Shown piece after piece: positions 1 through 12,370 of a stretch of DNA of 64,000 bases (positions within the stretch are counted from its first letter, which is position 1; every line of letters starts with the position of its first letter). The notes under the pieces were generated by a model, which was not told where the DNA came from, made no database searches, and saw only the letters and a list, made by a program, of their open reading frames with translations. A program made the position numbers and the translations under genes. This DNA comes from Mobula hypostoma (Eukaryota), in assembly GCF_963921235.1 (NCBI RefSeq), contig NC_086097.1:186001-250000 (forward strand), in the 5' to 3' direction.

Positions 1-99
1 AAACTTATTTCACTGACGTTGTTGATTATATAGAAAGGCAATTAAAGATTGCTACACACCTGGTGTTTGGGAATATTCAGGAAGTTCCATCACCAGCAA

Positions 100-770
100 T
101 AGATTAGGTTACGGGGACACTCAGTTCTTGTTTATTGTCATTTAGAAATGCATGCATTAAAAAATGATGCAATGTTCCTCCAGTATGATATCACAGAAAC
201 ACAAGACAGACCAAGACTAAAACTGACAAAGACCACATAATTATAACATATAGTTACAACAGTGCAAAGCAATACCGTAATTTGATAAGAGCAGACCATT
301 AGCACGGTAAAAAAAAGTCTCAAAGTCCCGATAGCCCCAACATCTCACACAGACGGTAGAAGGGAGAAATTCTCCCTGCCATGAGCTTCCAGCGCCACAA
401 ACTTGCCAATGAAGCATCCTGGAAGTACCCGACCACAGTCCGACTCTGAGACCATCCGAAAACTTCGAACCTCCGACCAGCCCTCTGACACCAAGCACCA
501 ACTCTGCCGAGCGCTTCGACCCTGCCCCGGCCGCCGAGCAACAAGCAAAGCCAAGGATTTGGGACCTTCCCCTCCGGAGATTTCAGATCACACAGTAGCG
601 GTGGCAGCGAAACAGGCATTTCAGAAGTTTCACCAAATGTTCCTCTGTGCTCTTACGTCTGCCTCCATCAAATCAGAATTGTGCACGGCATCCTACTTGA
701 CAGATAACAGATATTCATCACCGGAGAGGCTGCACGCGCTATGTCGCGCCGCCATCTTCTCTTCCTCCGA
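100..770 (-). mobile_element. Non-autonomous ~0.65 kb retroelement (SINE-like, Rex/L2-type 3' end)
   Basis: Colinear with the copy at 61499-62122. 5' end GGAAGAGAAGATGGCGGCGCG; 3' end ATGCATGCAT...TGACAATAAA plus a short-repeat tail; no credible ORF. Confidence 0.7.
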
Positions 771-923
771 TAAGCAAATGTGTAAACAAATCTAAGCCAC
801 AATTTCGTTCTAAGTGTAGGGTTCTCAGTAATATTAGCTAGACTGTTAATTGTTAATCACTTATTACCAAAATGGCTTCTCATATGTTAACTACTGAGAA
901 AATTCTCTCTCCAGCAGCTTGTT

Positions 924-3900
924 TAGAAACATAGACAATAGGTGCAGGAGTAGGCCATTCGGCCCTTTGAGCCTGCACCGCCATTCAGTATGATCATGGC
1001 TGTTCATCCAACTCAGATCCCTGTACCAGCCTTCCCTCCATACCCCCTGATACCTTTAGCCACAAGGGCCATATCTAACTCCCTCTTAAATATAGCCAAT
1101 GAACTGGCCTCAACTGTTTCCTGTGGCAGAGAATTCCACAGATTCACCACTCTCTGTGTGAAGAGGTTTTTCCTAATCTCGGTCCTAAAAGGCTTCCCCT
1201 TTATCCTCGAACTGTGACCCCTCGTTCTGGACTTCCCCAACATCGGGAACAATCTTCCTGCATCTAGCCTGTCCAATCCCTTTAGGATTTTATACGTTTC
1301 AGTAAGATCCCCCCTCAATCTTCTAAATTCCACCGACTATAAGCCTAGTCGATCCAGTCTTTCATCATATAATAGTCCTGCTATCCCAGGAATCAAGTGT
1401 GATCTCACCAAGGCCTTGTACAACTGCAGTAGTACCTCCCTGCTCCTGTACTCGAATCCTCTTGCTATGAATGCCAGCATACCATTCGCCTTTTTTACCG
1501 CCTGCTGTACCCGCATGCCCACTTTCAAAGACTGGTGTATAATGACACCCAGGTCTCGTTGCACCTCCCCTTTTCCTAATCGGCCACCATTCAGATTATA
1601 ATCTGTTTTTGCCACCAAAGTGGATAACCTCACATTAAACTGCATCTGCCATGAATTTGCCCACTCACCTAATCTATCCAAGTCACCCTGCATCCTCTTA
1701 GCATCCTCCTCACAGCTAATACTGCCGCCCAGTTTCGTGTCATCCACAAACTTGGAGATGCTGCATTTAATTCCCTGATCTAAGTCATTAATATATATTG
1801 TAAACAACTAATATTAATATATATGTAAGCACTGAGCCTTGTGGTACCCCACTCGTCACTGCCTGCTATTCTGAAAAGGTCCCGTTTATTCCCACTCTTT
1901 CCTTCCTGACATGATTTTCCTTTCACAAATCCATGCTGAATTTGTCCGATGATTTCACCACTTTCCAAATGTGCTGTTATCACATTTTTGATAACTGACT
2001 CTAGCATTTTCCCCACCACCGATGTTAGGCTAACCGGTCTATAATTCCCCGGTTTCTCTCTCCCTCCTTATTTAAAAAGTGGGGTTACATTAGCCACCCT
2101 CCAATCCTCAGGAACTAGTCCAGAATCTAAAGAGTTTTGAAAAATTATCACTAATGCAGCCACTATTTCTTGGGCTACTTCCTTAAGCACTCTGGGATGC
2201 AGACCATCTGGCCCTGGGGATTTATCTGCTTCTAATCCGTTCAATTTACCTAACACCACTTCCCTACTAACATGTGTTTCCCTCAGTTCCTCCATCTCAC
2301 TGGTCCCTATGTCCCCCTACTATTTCCGGAAGATCATTTATGCCCTCCTTCGTGAAAACAGAACCAAAGTAGTTATTCAATTGGTCTACCATGTCCTTGC
2401 TCCCCATAATCAATTCACCTGTTTCTGTCTGTAGGGGACCTACAGTTGTCCTAACCAATCTTTTTCTTTTCACATATCTATAAATGCTTTTACAGTCAGT
2501 TTTTATGTTCCCTGCCAGTTTTCTCTCATAATCTTTTTTCTCTTTCCTAATTAAGCCCTTTGTCCTCCTCTGCTGGACTCTGAATTTCTCCCAGTCCTCA
2601 GGTGAGCCACTTTCTCTGGCTAATTTGTATGCTTCTTCTTTGGAATTGATACTATCCCTAATTTCTCTTGTCAGCCACGGGTGCACTACCTTCCCTGATT
2701 TATTCTTTTGCCAAACTTTGATGAACAATTGTTGTAGTTCATCCATGTGATCTTTAAATGCTTGCCATTGCATATCCACTGTCAATCCTTTAAGTGTCAT
2801 TTGCCAGTCTATCTTAGCTAATTCACTTCTCATACCTTCAAAGTTACCCCTCTTTAAGTTCAGAACCTTTGTTTCTGAATTAACTATGTCACTCTCCATC
2901 TTAATGAACAATTCCACCATATTATGGTCACTCTTACCCAAGGGGCCTCTCACGACAAGATTGCTAATTAACCCTTCCTCATTGCTCAATACCCAGTCTA
3001 GAATAGCCTACTCTCCAGTTGGTTCCTCGACATGTTGGTTCAAAAAACCATCCCACATACATTCCAAGAAATCCTCTTCCTAAGCACCCTTACCAATTTG
3101 GTTCATCCAATCTATATGTAGATTGAAGTCACTCATTATAACTGCTGTTCCTTTATTGCACGCATTTCTGATTTCCTGTTTAATACCATCCCCAACCTCA
3201 CTACTACTGTTAGGTGGCCTGTACACAACTCCCACCAGCGTTTTCTGCCCCTTAGTGTTATGCAGCTCTACCTATATCGATTCCACATCCTCCCGGCTAA
3301 TGTCCTCCTTTCTATTGCGTTAATCTCCTCTCTAACAAGCAATGCTACCGCACCTCCTTTTCTTTCATGTCTATCCCTCCTGAATATTGAATATCCCTGA
3401 ATGTTGAGCTCTCATCCTTGGTCACCCTGGAGCCATTTCTCTGTGATCCCAACTACATCATATTCATTAATAACAATCTGCACTTTTAATTCATCCACCT
3501 TGTTACAAATGCTCCTTGCATTGACACACAAAGCCTTCAGGCTCGCTTTTACAACACTCTTACCCCTTATACAATTATGTTGAAAGGTGGCCCTTTTTGA
3601 TTTTTGCCTTGGATTTGCCGGCCTGCCACTTTTACTTTTCACCTTACTACTTTTTGCTTCTACCCTCATTTTACACCCCTCTGTCTCTCTGCACTTGCTC
3701 CCATCCCCCTGTTGTGAACTAACTTCCTCTCTCCTCGTCTCTTTAATTTGATTCCCACCCCCCAACCATTCTAATTTAAAGTCACCTCAGTAGCCCTCGC
3801 AAATCTCCCCACCAGGATATTGGTCCCCCTAGGATTCAAGTGTAACCCGTACTTTTTATACAAGTCACACCTGCGCCAAAAGAGGTCCCAATGATCCAAA

Positions 3901-4790
3901 AACTTGAATCCCTGCCCCCTGCTCCAATCCCTCAGCCACACATTTATCCTCCGCCTCATTGCATTCCTACTCTCACTGTCGCGTGGCACTGGCAGTAATC
4001 CCGAGATTACAACCTTTGCTGTCCTTTTTCTCAACTCCCTTCCTAACTCCCTATATTCTCCTTTCAGGACCTCTTCCCTTTTCCTACCTATGTCATTGGT
4101 ACCTATATGTACCACGACCTCTGGCTCCTCACCCTCCCACTTCAGGATATCTTCTACGTGATCAGAAATATCCCGGACCCTGGCACCAGGGAGGCAAACT
4201 ACCATCCGGGTCTCTGGACTGTGTCCACAGAATCGCCTATCTGACCCCCTTACTATCGAGTCCCCTATTACAACTGCCCTCCTCTTCCTTTCCCTACCCT
4301 TCTGAGCTACAGGGCTGGACTCTGTGCGCTCTGTCGCTTCCCCCAGGTAAGCTGTCCCCCCCCCAACAGTACTCAAACAGGAGTACCTATTGTCAAGGGG
4401 CACAGCCACCGGGGTACTCTCTAGTACCTGACTCTTCCCCTTCCCCCTCCTAACCGTGATGCACTTGTCTGCCTCCCGTGGCCCCGGTGTGACCACCTGC
4501 CTGTAACTCCTCTCTATCAACTCCTCACTCTCCCTGACCAGACGAAGGTTCCCTTAGGAGCTGCATCTTGACGCACCTGGCGCAGATATGGACATCCGGG
4601 AGGCTTGGAGACTCCAGGGCCTCCCACATCCGGCATTGAGAACAAGCTGCCCTCACACTCATACTGCCCCTCTCCTCAAATAACAACAAAAAATGAATAC
4701 CAAACCTCCTCCGCCTCACCCATTTCCACCTGAGCCCGTTGAGCCGAAGCCCTTAAGCCTTCACTCTGCTCCCGGCTCACTCCGCAGCCT
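924..4790 (-). mobile_element. Near full-length CR1 LINE (family A), decayed; ORF1 zinc-finger/SGNH esterase, ORF2 APE-RT
   Basis: ORF1 motifs GDSIVRG, VHIGTND, GLHLN (3771-4520). ORF2 motifs NARSI, KSPGPDG, FVDDTKLGG. 3' hairpin and (CTATGTTT)-type tail at ~924-960. Stops, frameshifts and internal deletions. Confidence 0.95.
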
Positions 4791-4792
4791 GC

Positions 4793-5190
4793 TGTATGAG
4801 GCTGTGTTCCTTTTAAATCTTCCGCGTTTGGGTTATATTTACTGATAATGAGGAGTGTATTCATTTGCTAGCCAATGCAAGTCATGTTATGTTATCCTGT
4901 ATATGTGTGCTGAGTTAAGGAGCGCAGGCTTTTTCGGGAGACAAGCAGAGAGGACAGATGTGGGTGTAACGGACAGCGGTTCCAGGGCAGCAGATACCGA
5001 ACCTCAGAGGTTCAGATGGTGGCCGGAGTCTCGGAAGGACGTTGTGGATGGAATTGGAGGCGTGAGCTCCAACGTATTAAAATATTATGTGCACAAGACT
5101 TATAAGTTACTTGTGTGGCGCCTTTTCTTTTAGTTGTTCCTACTAACCCATCACCAAAATTTGCTATAAAGTATAATTCGTTACTCGCAC
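4793..5190 (+). mobile_element. Probable truncated LTR fragment
   Basis: Begins TGTA, contains CCAAT and an LTR-like AT-rich 3' part. No terminal CA or TSD found; it is cut by a CR1 fragment. Confidence 0.35.
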
Positions 5191-5417
5191 TTGTGGAATT
5201 CTCTGCCACAGGAAACAGTTGAGGCCAGTTCATTGGCTATATTTAAGAGGGAGTTAGATATGGCCCTTGTGGCTAAAGGGATCAGGGGGTATGGAGAGAA
5301 GGCAGGTATAGGGTTCTGAGTTGGATGATCACCCATGATCGTAATGAATGGCGGTGCAGGCTCGAAGGGCTGAAAGGCCTACTCCTGTACCTATTTTCTA
5401 TGTTTCTATGTTTCTAT
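5191..5417 (+). mobile_element. CR1 family A 3' end fragment
   Basis: Reverse complement of 924-1140, with tail ctattttctatgtttctatgtttcta. Confidence 0.9.
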
Positions 5418-5580
5418 TGACATCAATGGATCTGGAGTTGAGAGGGTAAACAACTTCAAGTTCCTCGGCATCCACATCACCGAGGACATCACTGTGCACA
5501 CCAGCTGTGCGGTGAAAAAGGCACAACAGCGCCTCTTTCACCTCAGACGGTTGAAGAAGTTTGGTAGGGGCCCCAAAATC
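5418..5580 (+). mobile_element. Rex1/Babar RT C-terminal fragment
   Basis: Encodes VERVNNFKFLGIHI and KKAQQRLFHLRRLKKFG, homologous to 47932-48630. Confidence 0.75.
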
Positions 5581-7637
5581 CCAAAGAGGAAGAAAGATCC
5601 TAAGGGGAGTAAGGGGAGGCCGTGGCTGACAAGGGAAGTAATGGACAGTATGAAAATAAAAGAGAAGTATAACATAGCAAAGACGAGTGGGGAAGCCGTA
5701 GGACTGGGAAACTTTTAAAGGACAACAGAAGGTAACTAAAAAGGCAATAAGCGTAGAAAAAATGAGGTACGAAGGTAAACTAGCCAAGAATATGAAGGAG
5801 GATAGTAGGTATGTGAAAAGGAAAAAAATAGTTAAGACCAAAATTGGGCCCTTGAAGACAGAAGCAGGTGAATTTATTATGGGGAACAAGGAAATGGCAG
5901 ATGAGTTGAACTGATGAGATGAGTGGATCTGTCTTCACTAGGGAAGACACAAACAATCCCCCAGATATAATCGTAGCCAAAGGATCTAGGGCAATGGATG
6001 AACTGAAGGAAATTTATATTAGGCAGGAAATGGTGTTGGCTAGACTGTCGGGTCTGAAGGCGGATAAGTTCCCGGGACCTGATGGTCTGCATCCCAGGGT
6101 ACTTAAGGAGGTGGCTTTAGAAATCGTGGATGCATTGGTAATCATTTTCCAATGTTCTATAGATTCAGGATCAGTTCCTGTGGATTGGAGGGTGGCTAAT
6201 GTTGTCCCTCTCTTCAAGAAGGGAGGAAGAGAGAAAACAGGGAATTATAGACCAGTTAGCCTGACGTCGGTGGTGGGAAAGATGCTGGAGTCAATTATAA
6301 AAGATGAAATTACGACACATCTGGATAGCAGTACAGGATCGGTCCGAGTCAGCATGGATTTACGAAGGGGAAATCGTGCTTGACTAATCTTCTGGAATTT
6401 TTTGAGGATATAACTATGAAAATGGACAAGGGAGAGCCAGTGGATATAGTGTACCTGGACTTTCAGAAAGCCTTTGATAAAGTCCCACATAGGAGATTAG
6501 TGGGCAAAATTAGGGCACATGGTATTGGGGGCAGAGTACTGATATGGATTGAAAATTAGCTGGCTGACAGAAAACAAAGAGTAGCGATTAACGGGTCCCT
6601 TTCGGAATGGCAGGTGGTGACCTGTGGGGTACCGCAGGGTTCAGTGCTGGGACCGCAGCTGTTTACAATATATATTAATGATTTAGATGAGGGAATTAAA
6701 AGTAACATTAGAAAACTTGCCGATAACACAAAGCTGGGAGGCAGTGTGAAATGTGAGGAGGATGTTATGAGAATGCAGGGTGACTTGGACAGGCTGGGTG
6801 AGTGGGCAGATGCATGGCAGATGCAGTTTAATGTGGATAAATGTGAGGTTATCCACTTTGGTGGTAAGAACGGGAAGGCAGATTATTATCTAAATGGAGT
6901 CAAGTTAGGAAAAGGGGAAGCACAATGAGATCTAGGTGTTCTTGTACATCAGTCACTGAAAGCAAGCATGCAAGTACAGCAGGCAGTGAAAAAAGCTAAT
7001 GGCATGTTGGCCTTCATAACAAAGGGAATTGAGTATAAGAGCAAAGAGGTCCTTCTGCAGCTGTACAGGGCCCTGGTGAAACCACACCTGGAGTACTGTG
7101 TGCAGTTTTGGTCTCCAAATTTGAGGAAGGACATTCTTGCTATTGAAGGAGTGCAGGATAGGTTCACAAGGTTAATTCCCGGGATGGCGGGACTATCATA
7201 TGTCGAAAGACTGGAGTCACTGGGCATGTATACACTGGAATTTAGAAGGCTGAGAGGGGATCTTATTGAAACATATCAGATTATTAAGGGATTGGACACG
7301 CTGCAGGAAGGAAGCATGTTCCCGCTGATGGGTGAGTCCAGAACCAGAGGCCACAGTTTAAGAATTAGGGGTAGGCCATTTAGAACAGAGTTGAGGAAAA
7401 ACTTTTTCACCCAGAGTGGTGGCTATATGGAATGCTCTGCCCCAGAAGGCTGTGGAGGCCAAGTCTCTGGATGCTTTCAAAAAAGAGATGGATAGAGCTC
7501 TTAAAGATAGTGGAATCAAAGGTTATGGGGATAAGGCAGGAACTGGATACTGATGGTGGATGATCAGCCATGATCACAGTGAATGGCGGTGCTGGCTCGA
7601 AGGGCGGAATGGCCTACTCCTGCACCTATTGTCTATT
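5580..7637 (+). mobile_element. 5'-truncated CR1 LINE (family B)
   Basis: RT motifs [32 protein letters not shown]1 3' tail at ~7620-7637. Confidence 0.93.
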
Positions 7638-8348
7638 ATTCAGCTTCCTGAGTACTTTCTCTGCCGTAATTGTGACTGCGCACACTTCTCTTCCCTGACA
7701 CTCCTGAGTGTCCGGTATACTGCTGTCTTCCTCAGTGAAGACTGATGCAAAATACTCATTCAGTTTCTCCACCATCTCCTTATCTCCCATTACAATTTCT
7801 CCAGCATCATTTTCTATCGGTCCTATATCTACTCTCACCTGGCTTTTACTCCTTATATACTTGAAAAAGCTTTAATATCCTCTTTGATATTATTTACCAG
7901 CTTCCTTTCATAGTTCATCTTTTCCCTCTTAATGACCTTCTAAGTTTCCTTTTGTGAGCTTTTAAAAACTTCCCAATCCTCTGTCTTCCCACTAATTTTT
8001 GCTTCCTTGTATGCCCTCTCCTTTGCTTTAACTTTGGCTTTGACTTCTCTTGTCAGCCATGGTTACATCCTTTTTCCATTTGAAAATTTCTTCTTTTTTG
8101 GAATATATCTGTCTTGCACCTTCCTCATTTCTCGCATGAACTCCAGCCACTGCTGCTCTGTCGTCCTTCCCACCAGTGTCCCTTTCCAGTCAACTTTGGC
8201 CAGATCCTCTCTCATGCCACTGTAATTTCCTTTACTCCACCGAAATACCGACACATCGGATTTCCGCTTCACTTTCTCAAATTTCACAGTGAACTCAATC
8301 ATGTTATGATCACTGCCTCCTGAGGGTTCCTTCACCTCAATCTCTCAA
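7638..8348 (-). mobile_element. CR1 ORF2 internal fragment
   Basis: Motif SDHNMIEF and post-endonuclease linker (ORFs 8063-8335, 7626-7838). Confidence 0.85.
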
Positions 8349-10107
8349 AGGACCAATCAAGTGTGACAGTGGAAAAGTGTGTATGGAACAAGAGGAGATA
8401 GCAGAGGTACTTAATGAATGCTTTGCTTCAGTATTCACTACAGAAAAGGATCTTGGCGATTGTAGGGATGACTTACAGGGGACTGAAAAGCTTGAGCATG
8501 CAGATACTAAGAGGATGTGCTGGAGCTTTTGAAAAGCATCAAGATGGATAAGTCACCGAGATCGGTGGAGGTGTACCCCAGGCTACTGTGGGAGGCGAGG
8601 GAAGAGATTGTTGAGCCTCTGGCGATGATCTTTGCATCATCAATGGGGACGGAAGAAGTTCCGGAGGATTGCAGGGTTGCGGGTGTTGTTCCCTTATTGA
8701 AGAAAGGGAGTAGAGATCGCCCAGGAGATTATAGACCAGTGAGTCTTACTTCAGTGGTTGGTAAATTGATGGAAAAGATCCTGAGAGGCAGGATTTATGA
8801 ACATTTGGAGAGGCTTCACAATATGATTAGGGATAGTCAACATGGCTTTGTCAAAGGCAGGTCGTGCCTTATGAGTCTGACTGAATTTTTGAGGATGTGT
8901 CTGAACACATTGATGAAGGTAGAGCAGTAGATGTAGTGTATATGGATTTCAGCAAGGCATTTGACAAGGTACACCATGCACGGCTTTTTAAGAAAGTAAG
9001 GACGCATGGGATCCAAGGGGACATTGCTTTGTGGATCCAAAACTGGTTTGCCCACAGAAAGCGAAGAGCGGTTGTAGATGGGTCATATTCTGCATGGAGG
9101 TCGGTGACCAGTGGTGTACCTCAGGGACCTGTTCTGGGACCCCGACTCTTTGTGATTTTATTAAGAGACCTGTATGAGGAAGTGGAGGGATGGGTTAGTA
9201 AATATGCTGATGACACAAAGGTTGGGGGTGTTGTGGATAGTGTGGAGGGCTGTCAGAGATTGCAGCGGGACATTGACAGGATGCAAAACTGGGCTGAGAA
9301 GTAGCAAATGGAGTTCAACCCAGATAAGTGTGAGGTGGTTCATTTTGGTAGGTCAAATATGATGGCAGAATATAGTATTAATGGTAAGACTCTTGGCAGT
9401 GTGGAGGATCAGAGGGATCTTGGGATCCGAGTCCACAGTACACTCAAAGCTGCTACGCAGGTTGACTCTGTGGTTAAGAAGGCATACGGTGCATTGGCCT
9501 TCATCAATCGTGGGATTGATTTTAGGAGCCGAGAGGTAATGCTGCAGCTATATAGGACCCTGGTCAGACCCCACTTGGAGTACGGTGCTCAGTTCTGGTT
9601 GCCTCACTACAGAAAGGATGTGGAAACCACAGAAAGGGTGCAGAGGAGACTTACATGGATGTTGCCTGGATTGGGGAGCATGCCTTATGAGAATAGATTG
9701 AGTGAACTCAGCTTTTTCTCCTTGGAGTGCCAGACAATGAGAGGTGACCTGATAGAGGCGTACAAGATGACGAGAGGCATTGATTCTGTGGATAGTCAGA
9801 GGCTTTTTCTCCAGGGCTGAAATGGCTAACACGAGAGGGCACAGTTTTAAGGTGCTTGGTAGTAGGTACTGAGGAGATGTCAGGGCTAAGTTTTTTTTAT
9901 GCAGAGAGTGGTGAGTGAGTGGAATGGGCTGCCATGGCGGAGGCGCGTACAATAGGGTCTTTTAAGAGATTCCTGGACAGATATATGGAGCTCAGAAAAA
10001 TGGAGGGCTATAGGTAACCTTAGGCAATTTCTAAGTAAGTACATGCTCGGCACAGCTTTGTGGGCCGAAGCGCCTTTAATGTGCTGTAGGTTTTCTATGC
10101 TTCTAGA
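8349..10107 (+). mobile_element. 5'-truncated CR1 LINE (family C)
   Basis: RT motifs [18 protein letters not shown]; tail ttttctatgcttcta. Confidence 0.93.
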
Positions 10108-10149
10108 CACCAGTCAGGTGGCAATTGGAGTATTGTCAACAGTTTTGAG

Positions 10150-10515
10150 TCACTGGAAAGAGTCCAGAGTCGGTACATGAAGATGATTCTGGGAATGAAG
10201 GAGTTAACATAGGAGGAGCATTGAGCAGCTTTGGGCCTGTACTCACTGAAATTTAGAAGAATATGGGGAGGTATCTCATTGAAATCTACTGAACATTGAA
10301 AGGACTAGATAGGGTGGATGTGAAGAGGATGTTTTTTCTGATGGGGTATCCAGAACTAAGAGGCAGAGCCTCAAAATTGCAGGGTGACGCTTTAGAACAG
10401 AAGTAAGGAGGAATTTTTTTAGCCAGAGAGTAGAGAATCTGTGGAATGCTCTGTCACAGACTAGATGGGCTGAATGGCCTAAATCTGCTCCATGTTTTAT
10501 GGTCTCATGATCTAT
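10150..10515 (+). mobile_element. Old CR1 3' fragment
   Basis: Degenerate CR1 C-terminus and 3'UTR (gggctgaatggcctaaatctgctcc). Confidence 0.75.
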
Positions 10516-10777
10516 AAAACTTTTACAGGGGTTGGAGAGTTGAGAAATTACTTTTACCCAACAAGTAGCATGTCACTTCACTTCTCCAACGCATGTACAC
10601 CTAACCCTTGCCAAAACCCTGACACACGCGCATGCAATACCATAACACACACCCCTCCCAAAAGTCCAGGCACCCAGACATGCACACACATGCACCTCAC
10701 CGATACCGTAACACAATCACACACACTCCTCCCCAACACTCCACTCCTGACAGATACAAAGTTCAAAGTTGAAAGTA

Positions 10778-12349
10778 CAAACCCCATTTCCAGAAAAGTT
10801 GGGATATTTTCCAAAATGGAATAAAAACAAAAATCCGTGATATGGTAATTCACGTGAACCTTTATTTAACTGACAAAAGTATAAAGAAAAGATTTTCAAT
10901 AGTTTTACTGACCAACTTAGTTGTATTTTGTAAATATACACAAATTTAGAATTTGATGGCTGCAACACACTCAACAAAAGTTGGGCCAGAGTTAAAATAA
11001 GATTGAAAAGTTCACAGAATATTCAAGTAACACCAGTTTGGAGGACTCCACATTAAACAAGCTAATTGGCAGCAGGTGAGGTATCATGACTGGGTATAAA
11101 AGAAGTGTCCATCAAAGGCTCAGTCTTTGTAAGCAAGGATGGGTTGTGGCTCACCCCTTTGTGCCAAAATTCATGAGAATTGTTAGTCAGTTCAAAAGGA
11201 ACATTTCTCAACGCAAGATTGCAGAGAATTTAGGTCTTTCAACATCTACAGTACATTATATTGTGGAAAGGTTCAGAGAATTCAGAGACATCTCAGTGCG
11301 TAAAGGGCAAGGTCAGAAACCACTGTTGAATGCGCATGATCTTCGAGCCGTCAGGCGGCACTGCCTAAGAAACCGTCATGCTACTGTGACAATTATAGCC
11401 ACCTGGGCTCGGAGTACTTCGGAAAACCATTGTCACTCAACACAGTCCGTCGCTGCATCCAGAAATGCAACTTGAAACTGTATTACGCAAGGAGGAAGCC
11501 ATACATCAACTCTATGCAGAAACACCGGCGAGTTCTCTGGGCCTGAGCTCATCTAAGATGGAGCGAAAGACTGTGGAACCGTGTGCTGTGGTCAGATGAG
11601 TCCACATTTCAGCTAGTTTTCGGAAAAAACAGGCATCAAGTTCTCCGTGCCAAAGATGAAAATGACCATCCAGATTGTTATCAGCGAAAGGTGCAAAAGC
11701 CAGCATCTGTGATGGTATGGGGGTGCATCAGTGCCCACGGCAAGGGTGAGTTGCATGTATGTGAAGCTACCATTGACTCTGAGGCGTATATAAGTATTTT
11801 AGAGAGACATATGTTGCCATCAAGGTGACGTCTCTTCCCGGGACGTCCATGCTTATTTCAGCAGGACAATGCCAGACCACATTCTGCACGGGCTACAACC
11901 GCGTGGCTTTGTAGACTGCCAGTCCAGATCTATCTCCTATTGAAAATGTATGGCGCATCATGAAGAGGAGAATCAAAAATGGAGACCACGGACTGTTGAG
12001 CAGCTGAAGTCTCATATCAAGCAAGAATGGACAAAATTTCCAATTGCAAATCTACTACAATTAGTATCCTCAGTTCCAAAATGATTAAAAAGTGTTATTA
12101 AAAGGAAAGGTGATATAACACAATGGTAAACATGCCTCTGTCCCAACTTTTCTTGAGTGTGTTGCAACCATCAAATTCTAAATTTGTGTATGTTTACAAA
12201 ATACAATTAAGTTGGTCAGTAAAACCATTGAAAATTTTTTCTTTGTACTTTTGTCAGTTAAATAAAGGTTCACGTGAATTAACTTATCACAGATTTTTGT
12301 TTTTATTGCATTTTGGAAAATATCCCAACTTTTCTGGAAATGGGGTTTG
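10778..12349 (+). mobile_element. Tc1/mariner DNA transposon (long-TIR type) with pseudogenised transposase
   Basis: ~200-bp TIRs CAAACCCCATTTCCAGAAAAGTTGGG / CCCAACTTTTCTGGAAATGGGGTTTG; TA duplication at 10776-77 and 12350-51. HTH QRKIAENLGLS; catalytic motifs WSDES, QQDNA, SPDLSPIENVW. Stops, frameshifts and a small deletion. Confidence 0.96.
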
Positions 12350-12370
12350 TACATTTATCATCAATGCACG